DNA of 32,000 nt from Candidatus Thalassarchaeaceae archaeon (lineage in GTDB: Archaea > Thermoplasmatota > Poseidoniia > Poseidoniales > Thalassarchaeaceae): NCBI GenBank assembly GCA_045568075.1, contig JBJLBP010000001.1:1566521-1598520 (forward strand). The letters are read 5' to 3'. A program made the translations under genes and the position numbers. The notes below the pieces were generated by a model, which saw only the letters and a list, made by a program, of their open reading frames with translations, made no database searches and was not told the origin of the DNA. Within the stretch, counting starts at the first letter, position 1, and each line of letters begins with the position of its first letter. Below, piece after piece: positions 26,545 through 32,000 of the stretch.

Positions 26545-27048
26545 GTGTCAGAAAAGAGATTGAGGCGGAGAACGCCGGTTCGGTTCAAGCAGGTGAAGAA
26601 TATCATCGCAGAATTATCCGAGCGAATTGGTGTTGACATCGATGGTCGAACCGTCTTCCTAGAGAAAGCAAATTTCGACAATCGTGACCTGCTTCTGGTC
26701 GACAAAACACCTCTGGCTATGCAGGTCGAAACCGAGGATGGTCGCAAGTGGTTCCCGACCCTGCGCGGCATCCTCGCTTGGCAACCCGGTGGAAAATGGG
26801 CAGCCGTCGATCACGGCGCCATCCCCTTCCTGATGAACGGCGCCGACTGCATGGGAGCTGGAGTGCAGATGGCAGATCCGAATGTTGAGGCGGGAGAATT
26901 GGTTTGGGTTCGTGACGAGACTCATGGCAAACCTCTGGCCCTTGGAATCGCCATGGTCAATGGAGAAGAAATGGTCGCGATGACAAAAGGAAAAGCCATC
27001 ACCACTCTTCATTGGGTTGGCGACGAATTATGGCAACTTGAATCCTGA
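26545..27048 (+). CDS. PUA-domain RNA-binding protein (archaeal Tma20/MCT-1-like)
   Basis: Listed ORF 26473..27048. Pre-PUA plus PUA pattern: VDHGAIPFLMNGADCMGAGV, GELVWVRDETHGKPLALGIAMVNGEEMVAMTKGKAITTLHWVGDELW. GTG at 26545 is preferred because the ATG at 26473 leaves only 14 bp to the divergent thrH start. Confidence 0.85.
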   Translation: MSEKRLRRRTPVRFKQVKNIIAELSERIGVDIDGRTVFLEKANFDNRDLLLVDKTPLAMQVETEDGRKWFPTLRGILAWQPGGKWAAVDHGAIPFLMNGADCMGAGVQMADPNVEAGELVWVRDETHGKPLALGIAMVNGEEMVAMTKGKAITTLHWVGDELWQLES

Positions 27049-27091
27049 TTAACTACGCGAGGTTGAAAGAGGACCGTCGGCACCTCGCATC

Positions 27092-27280
27092 ATGAGAATC
27101 GGTTTGGGCATCGCCACCTTCCTTCTCTCAATCCCGATTATTGCCTTGAGTTCTGACTACGCAACAGTCGATGTCGGCTGGCTCACCAATTGCTGCTTCT
27201 CCAGCATGCTGGCAGCCGGTGCGACAATGCTTCCCAAGCCAGCGAAGAAGAAAATCGTCGTTGTCCGTCCAAAGAACTGA
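27092..27280 (+). CDS. small membrane protein (62 aa, two hydrophobic segments, basic tail)
   Basis: ORF with IGLGIATFLLSIPIIAL and SSMLAAGATML followed by KPAKKKIVVVRPKN. No recognised family. Confidence 0.4.
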   Translation: MRIGLGIATFLLSIPIIALSSDYATVDVGWLTNCCFSSMLAAGATMLPKPAKKKIVVVRPKN

Positions 27281-27323
27281 ATCTCTCGGTGATATTATCG
27301 CCTTTCACGACTGAGCCCAATAC

Positions 27324-27440
27324 ATGCCTGAGTGGATTATCGCCACCATCGCCATTCTCGCAATCATCCCAGGTTGGGCAGTAGCCCTCTTCGGCTTCGC
27401 TGTATATCTCTGGCGCAGGCATGTGAAATCGAAGGAATGA
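27324..27440 (+). CDS. candidate 38-aa single-pass membrane micro-protein (below the ORF-track cutoff)
   Basis: Hand-translated: MPEWIIATIAILAIIPGWAVALFGFAVYLWRRHVKSKE followed by a stop. The palindrome GTCCTGtCAGGAC directly follows the stop. Confidence 0.3.
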   Translation: MPEWIIATIAILAIIPGWAVALFGFAVYLWRRHVKSKE

Positions 27441-27503
27441 GTCCTGTCAGGACCATGGACAAGCATGCGGAATCTGTAGGGAATTTGATGCCCGTATCAT
27501 GAA

Positions 27504-27908
27504 GTGCCTTCAGTATCAGGGCACAATATGGAACACGCACCAGCAATGCAAATCGTGGGGGCCGTATTGATCCTCGTTGCAATAATGAAAAATAGAGATC
27601 CCATTGGTATGAACAAGAGTATATTCGGCGATGTCGAGGGAATAGAAGGCGGACCAGCGGCATCGATGAGGATGCTTATCGGAGGGGGCTTTGCAGGGAT
27701 AGGGACAATCAACCTTTACTGCAGTTTCAACGTAGACGATGCCGCAGCAGGAGAAGCAATCCTCGTCGGTACGGCAATAGGCCTGGCTCTGGTATTTGGC
27801 ACGATTATCTGGGCCAAGCTCAGGGGCTATATGGAGCACATCCCAACGCCTCCGATTGTAATTTTCCCAACACTCATCGCAGTATGCCTGTACTCAGCGA
27901 TGATGTAG
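27504..27908 (+). CDS. integral membrane protein (about 4 TM), unknown function
   Basis: 134-aa ORF. Hydrophobic helices IVGAVLILVAIM, LIGGGFAGIGTINLY, AILVGTAIGLALVFGTIIW, IVIFPTLIAVCLYSAMM. Alternative start at MEHAP (27528). Confidence 0.55.
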   Translation: MPSVSGHNMEHAPAMQIVGAVLILVAIMKNRDPIGMNKSIFGDVEGIEGGPAASMRMLIGGGFAGIGTINLYCSFNVDDAAAGEAILVGTAIGLALVFGTIIWAKLRGYMEHIPTPPIVIFPTLIAVCLYSAMM

Positions 27909-28112
27909 TCGTAGGCATTCACTTCCCTAGTAATCGAGCAGCGGTCGGTTTCATTTGCCCACTCAATCTCGCCAGCAACATGCGCCAGCTGCTCGTCCTG
28001 CTGACTGTGGCGATGCTCGCCGCTATCCGTCAGTGCTGTAGCAGGTGAGAGCGGAGTCAACGAATCAACATCTACCGAAGGAACCCAAATCGCATACATT
28101 AGCCACGCCTCT

Positions 28113-28535
28113 TTGGTTCAAGAAGGAGGGGTTTTCGACATGTACGTGACCGTGAATCAGGGAAGCAATGTGACTTCGATCCAGTGGATTACCCAGATAT
28201 GTATCAACAGTGGAGTCTGCTACCCTCCTGAGATTAATGACATGGAACCTGTCGACAACGACACTTACACTGCGACAGTGGATGTTGATCCCACTGCGGC
28301 CTACATCAACTGGAAGTTTGTCCTACACAGCGAAGATGATTCCGAGTCCACAGTCCCCGAGACTGGCTTCGGCTGGAAGGTTTGGTCCGAGTGCTGGTAC
28401 GATAACGAGACTTGGGGTGGGCCTTCGACTGACTGTCAAGGAATAGAGAGTGTTGGGAGCTTACTACCAGGCTTCGCAGCCCCTGCTGCGGCTGCGGCCA
28501 TAGGGATGGCAGCATTGATGGCAAGACGCGACTGA
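28113..28535 (+). CDS. PGF-CTERM (archaeosortase-sorted) surface protein; the N-terminal signal peptide appears to be in another frame
   Basis: The C-terminus LLPGFAAPAAAAAIGMAALMARRD matches the PGF-CTERM sorting signal. The body has N-glycosylation sequons (NVTS, NDTY, NETW). The ORF as listed starts at TTG with no signal peptide. A signal-like mini-ORF starts at 27980 in the preceding frame. Confidence 0.7.
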   Translation: MVQEGGVFDMYVTVNQGSNVTSIQWITQICINSGVCYPPEINDMEPVDNDTYTATVDVDPTAAYINWKFVLHSEDDSESTVPETGFGWKVWSECWYDNETWGGPSTDCQGIESVGSLLPGFAAPAAAAAIGMAALMARRD

Positions 28536-28543
28536 GCCAATGT

Positions 28544-29224
28544 ATGGGCGAGGGCGACGAGGAACCGGGCTTCATCCAACTCGAGTTCGAAGAGTTGCCC
28601 GCAGATGAGATGCTCTCACGCGCACGTGACTTCTACGAGCAGATGGATGAGCGTCGAACAACTCGTCATTTCTCAAACAGAGAAGTTCCGCGTGAATTGA
28701 TTGAATTGGCCATTAAGACGGCTAGTACCGCACCTTCAGGGGCTCACTTACAACCTTGGACATTCGTTGCAATTTCTAATCCAGAAGTTAAGGCACAAAT
28801 CCGCGAGGCAGCCGAGGCTGAGGAGCGCAAGACATACTCTGAGAGAATGCCAGAAGCTTGGGCTGAGGTTCTGCGACCATTGGGGACAGATCACGTCAAA
28901 GAACATCTGAGTGATGCTCCTTGGATTGTTGTTGTTTTCAGGCAGAGCAAGCGGCAAAGAGACAGTGGCGAATGGGGGCCGACTTACTATGCTCAGGAAT
29001 CATGCGGAATTGCTGCAGGGCTGTTTATCGCTGCGATTCACAATATGGGATTGACAACGCTTACTCACACGCCTTCTCCGATGGGATTCCTTCGAGATAT
29101 TCTCAATCGACCAGAGCATGAGCATGCGATGTTGGTAATGCCGGTGGGGTATCCGGATGAGGGTGCTAAGGTTCCGAATCTGGGTCGGAAATCTCTGGAA
29201 AATATCTCAGAATTCTTTGAGTGA
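28544..29224 (+). CDS. nitroreductase-superfamily flavoprotein, iodotyrosine deiodinase (IYD)-like
   Basis: 226-aa ORF. RRTTRHFSNREVP...TAPSGAHLQPWTFV appears collinear with animal IYD as I remember it. The substrate-lid triad spacing is preserved: E-x3-Y (EERKTY), then Lys exactly 21 residues after the Tyr (HVKEHL). Confidence 0.85.
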   Translation: MGEGDEEPGFIQLEFEELPADEMLSRARDFYEQMDERRTTRHFSNREVPRELIELAIKTASTAPSGAHLQPWTFVAISNPEVKAQIREAAEAEERKTYSERMPEAWAEVLRPLGTDHVKEHLSDAPWIVVVFRQSKRQRDSGEWGPTYYAQESCGIAAGLFIAAIHNMGLTTLTHTPSPMGFLRDILNRPEHEHAMLVMPVGYPDEGAKVPNLGRKSLENISEFFE

Positions 29225-29231
29225 ATCAGAG
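29161..29231 (+). repeat. direct repeat copy A (71 bp), covering the last ~21 codons, the stop and 7 nt of the nitroreductase gene
   Basis: gggtgctaaggttccgaatctgggtcggaaatctctggaaaatatctcagaattctttgagtgaatcagag. Aligned by eye to copy B with 8 mismatches and no gaps. Confidence 0.85.
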
Positions 29232-29252
29232 GGTACCAATCTGACTCATCCC

Positions 29253-29723
29253 TCAGTCTAGAATTGCTTCCAAGCCCAGAGATTCCTCATCACTAAGCCA
29301 ACTGAAGGTACTCTGTCTACGAATCAGGTACGCGAAGGGTGAGTTCCGAAGAGATGTTTCATTCAGTTGGTTCCTCTGTAGTTTCAACCTGATTCGCATC
29401 GCCTCTCCTCCACGGTTTTTGTGTCCATGAGTCCAAGAGCTGTCCATATCTCCGGTGGTCATCCTGACGTCCGATGCGGTTTCACCAACCGCGAGGAAGC
29501 CAGAACCGCCTGTACCGAGGAGAAAAACGGGTGTGCCCAGTGGCACGGATCCAGACTTTAGTCGACATGTCCATTCAATCTCCGCAACTGAGCCATCTGC
29601 GGGAATCTTCTCCCACCATTTCCAGTGCTTAGGGTTGCATCTTACTAGAAGCCCGAATCTCTCCGCCATGAGGGGCGCTAACTCGATGATGGCAAAAACG
29701 ATTCCCCGACACGGGCAAGTCAA
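29253..29723 (-). CDS. EVE/PUA-like small protein (likely start ATG at 29669, 138 aa)
   Basis: The pattern resembles the EVE fold consensus: FGLLVRCNPKHWKWW (yWLlKsNP..w), LGTPVFLLGTGGSGFLAVGETAS (GD.V.fYhs...giVGia.V.s), and C-terminal MRIRLKLQRNQLNETSLRNSPF...STFSWLSDEESLGLEAIL. Judged from memory of the family, not from a search. Confidence 0.45.
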   Translation of the reverse strand: MTCPCRGIVFAIIELAPLMAERFGLLVRCNPKHWKWWEKIPADGSVAEIEWTCRLKSGSVPLGTPVFLLGTGGSGFLAVGETASDVRMTTGDMDSSWTHGHKNRGGEAMRIRLKLQRNQLNETSLRNSPFAYLIRRQSTFSWLSDEESLGLEAILD

Positions 29724-29724
29724 A

Positions 29725-29795
29725 GGGTGCTAAGGCTCCGAATCTGGATTGTAAATCTCTAGAAAATATCTCAGAATTCTTCGATTGAATCGGAG
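29725..29795 (+). repeat. direct repeat copy B (71 bp), a displaced pseudo-3' end of the nitroreductase gene
   Basis: gggtgctaaggctccgaatctggattgtaaatctctagaaaatatctcagaattcttcgattgaatcggag. In frame it still reads GAKAPNLDCKSLENISEFFD-stop, versus GAKVPNLGRKSLENISEFFE-stop in copy A. It overlaps the stop of the 395-aa ORF. Confidence 0.85.
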
Positions 29796-30958
29796 TCTCC
29801 CCATTCGTGCTTTGCAACATAGCTCATAGCACTTTGAACTGACAATCTATTAGTTGAATTTCCTATTCTGACAAAAAACTCTTCTCTTGCTTCACTGGTA
29901 TTTGCAAAAACCGGTTCGTCGGATTTCAGAACATCCACGCGGGCAATGGTAACTCCTTTATGCTCAGGAAAACTAACCCTCACCTTCCTTGCTACAACCT
30001 GTTTTTCCAATGTATTGGTTAGCATACTGAATAAATCCAATTCATATCCGTCTAAATCTCCTCGCCCAGATAATTCCATGTCTTTTTGAATACCATAAGA
30101 ATCTCCATCATCCGAGACTCCAATGAACAGCGTCCCTCCATCAGCATTTAGAAATCCGGCGACAGTTCGAATTATTTTGTCACGAACTCTTGAAGCACTT
30201 TTGTTGGCAACATATCCGGGATCGTTCTTTGCTCGCGAATAATCAAACCAAATAGCAGGTTTGAATTCTACACTGACCGATTCGCCCCCTGAAATTAGAC
30301 TGGATGCATCGTCAGCTCCTGTTTCACTTCCTTTGAAACTAAATTCAGCATAGTGCGAAACTTGTTCTGAATTTACCATTCCTCCTTCAAGCAGTCTTTC
30401 GTATTCTTTCATTAGTGATACAATTCTAGTAAGAAAATAAATCAGCACAGGAGCCAAGCAATCAGCATCATCCATTAAGCATGTGAAAAATTTCTTTCTT
30501 GAACTGGTGTCATTGAGAATTTTGCTACGTAAATCTATTTCTTTAACTCCATTTTCTTGTAGCAAATTGAAGATATTTGGATAAATCCCACTTAGTTCTT
30601 TTATTGTAGTCATTGATGTTGTATATTTCTCAGGATTCTTCTTACTCGGGGTTGGGATTGTCAGATCCATTGCATATCCTTGTTCTTTCTGATTTACTGA
30701 AATTTTCAGTCGATTATTTAGTTGACCAAAAACCCACATAGGGCCATTAAATGCTCTTCCACCAATAACCCATTTATTGCCATTTTCTAATTGAATATAA
30801 TGAATTTCCATCCTTAGATTGTGCGGGCCTGTGGCATTGAAAATCAGTGCACTGCCCTCAACTATTTTTCTTTCGTCGCGCACAAACAAGGCCACAGACG
30901 AATCATTCGAATCATTTGAGAGGGTGAACTCCTCTACCCTCAGACCCCTCTCAACCAC
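29771..30958 (-). CDS. protein with unknown ~225-aa N-domain and C-terminal AlbA_2 (Schlafen-core-like) domain
   Basis: 395-aa ORF with a GTG start, 20 bp downstream of the methyltransferase stop. AlbA_2 hallmarks at about aa 224-375: GESVSVEFK, IIRTVAGFLNADGGTLFIGVSDDGDSYGI, FFVRIGNST. About 32-38% GC. Confidence 0.7.
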   Translation of the reverse strand: MVERGLRVEEFTLSNDSNDSSVALFVRDERKIVEGSALIFNATGPHNLRMEIHYIQLENGNKWVIGGRAFNGPMWVFGQLNNRLKISVNQKEQGYAMDLTIPTPSKKNPEKYTTSMTTIKELSGIYPNIFNLLQENGVKEIDLRSKILNDTSSRKKFFTCLMDDADCLAPVLIYFLTRIVSLMKEYERLLEGGMVNSEQVSHYAEFSFKGSETGADDASSLISGGESVSVEFKPAIWFDYSRAKNDPGYVANKSASRVRDKIIRTVAGFLNADGGTLFIGVSDDGDSYGIQKDMELSGRGDLDGYELDLFSMLTNTLEKQVVARKVRVSFPEHKGVTIARVDVLKSDEPVFANTSEAREEFFVRIGNSTNRLSVQSAMSYVAKHEWGDSDSIEEF

Positions 30959-30978
30959 ATTCGCAGATTAACTTATGA

Positions 30979-32000
30979 TTATTCAGTTTGATGAATAAGA
31001 ATTGAATGGCAAATTCTTGAAACCACTCCGCAAACCAATGCATTGCCCATAAAGAAAGCACGCCGACCATCACTCACTAAACCCGTATGATTATCAGGAA
31101 ATCCATTCAATCTTTCTAGTTCCACAGGAGTCAACCTCCTGACCCATTCCGTTTTTTTCAGACTGAGTCTCCCTCTAACCTTTGAATTTAATTTTTCATC
31201 TAACTTTAGACGCTTAATTTGTCCTTTTGTTGGTCTGAACTTTACTACATGTTTGAATCTAGATGGGGACCTTCCTCCTTCTCCTGTGACTATGGTTCTA
31301 GAGGGGCGTTCTAAGGCGTCTGGAAATGTGACTGGCCCTTCTGAGTATTTGTAGGTAAATCCATCTCGCCCCTCTCTCATTTCTTTCTTCCCACCTTTGA
31401 GGTAAATCCATCCTTTTGCCCTCAATACCGCTTCAGCATCAAGTATGTACTCATCAGGAATGGTTCCTGGAGTCTGAAGGACACCTCCAAGAGTCTGTTT
31501 TTCTCCGTCATAATTCCCTGAGTATTTCGATGTCCAAACAGTTCCATCTTTCATCACGCCACCGTTGCAGAAAGGACTTTTTTTGTCTCCTTCGCTAACA
31601 TTGAATTTACTTGAGATGTCAGCAAGATCATCACCATCCTCTGACAGAGGGAAAGTTTCCACATTCTCCAACTCATGAATGGGGAATGCCCTAGCTAGAA
31701 CACCGTCTTTCTCTATCACCGAATGAGGATTTTTCAGTTTACCATTCTGTTCTGCGAAGATGAAAACTCTCTTTCGTCTCTGTGGGAAACCGTATTCAGA
31801 GGCATCTATCACCCTCCATTCAACTGCATATCCTAATTCATTCAAAGAGGCGAGCATGACTGCGAAGTCTCTTCCTCTTTGATTTCTTGGCGATTTCAAT
31901 AATCTATCTACATTCTCCAGAAGAAGGTAATGAGGTCTCTTTTCTTCGAGAATCCTGTGAATCTCCCACCATAGAACCCCCTTCTTTCCAGATATCCCAT
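30979..32000 (-). CDS. DNA (cytosine-5) methyltransferase (5' part beyond the window edge)
   Basis: The frame is open to base 32000. Motif VI HYLLLENV, motif VIII FPQRRKRVFIF, a long target-recognition region (TIVTGEGGRSPSR), motif IX RRLTPVELERLNGFP, motif X MGNALVCGVV. Motifs I-IV are expected upstream of the window. Confidence 0.93.
   Translation of the reverse strand, partial: GISGKKGVLWWEIHRILEEKRPHYLLLENVDRLLKSPRNQRGRDFAVMLASLNELGYAVEWRVIDASEYGFPQRRKRVFIFAEQNGKLKNPHSVIEKDGVLARAFPIHELENVETFPLSEDGDDLADISSKFNVSEGDKKSPFCNGGVMKDGTVWTSKYSGNYDGEKQTLGGVLQTPGTIPDEYILDAEAVLRAKGWIYLKGGKKEMREGRDGFTYKYSEGPVTFPDALERPSRTIVTGEGGRSPSRFKHVVKFRPTKGQIKRLKLDEKLNSKVRGRLSLKKTEWVRRLTPVELERLNGFPDNHTGLVSDGRRAFFMGNALVCGVVSRICHSILIHQTE

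Noticed and set aside
27827-28099. 90-aa minus-strand ORF between the membrane-protein gene and the PGF-CTERM gene
   Set aside because: It overlaps the 3' end of 27504..27908 and the plus-strand signal-peptide mini-ORF. The plus-strand reading gives a much more coherent signal peptide plus mature protein.
29161-29795. Interpreting the EVE ORF plus repeat as an integron-type gene cassette
   Set aside because: The repeats are direct copies of a gene 3' end, not attC-like imperfect inverted repeats. No IntI-like integrase or attI is visible in the window. It is kept only as a generic integration-site hypothesis.

Overview
Archaeal chromosomal window. The evidence is aIF5B, aEF-1alpha, ribosomal proteins S10 and S8e, SRP19, a family-B DNA polymerase, a GINS-like protein and a PGF-CTERM sorting signal. 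The lineage is probably a marine planktonic euryarchaeote, but that is a guess from gene content. Most of the window is densely packed housekeeping genes at roughly 53-55% GC (my hand counts of a few 60-nt lines). Three lower-GC accessory segments interrupt it. (1) 4.6-9.2 kb holds three minus-strand secreted or surface proteins: a beta-propeller with thrombospondin-type-3-like Ca-binding repeats, a membrane-spanning protein with the same repeats outside and two winged-helix domains inside, and a pentapeptide-repeat lipoprotein. (2) 23.5-24.8 kb is a decayed lipoprotein gene whose coding signal hops between frames. (3) 29.8-32.0 kb is a ~32-38% GC island with a C5 DNA methyltransferase (cut by the window edge) followed by a 395-aa protein with an unknown N-domain and an AlbA_2/Schlafen-like C-domain. 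The island boundary coincides with the second copy of a 71-bp imperfect direct repeat. That repeat duplicates the 3' end of an iodotyrosine-deiodinase-like nitroreductase gene, and a small EVE/PUA-like ORF lies exactly between the two copies. I regard this right-hand junction as the best candidate for an undescribed system (integration hotspot, modified-base-reader-like ORF, and methyltransferase with a Schlafen-like putative effector). Other notable points: single-nucleotide frame disruptions in SRP19 and in the signal peptide of a PGF-CTERM protein, a P1B metal ATPase co-oriented with a triple zinc-ribbon protein, a 364-aa Glu/Arg-rich coiled-coil protein, and one tRNA-Leu(CAA). I found no CRISPR array, rRNA, transposase or integrase.
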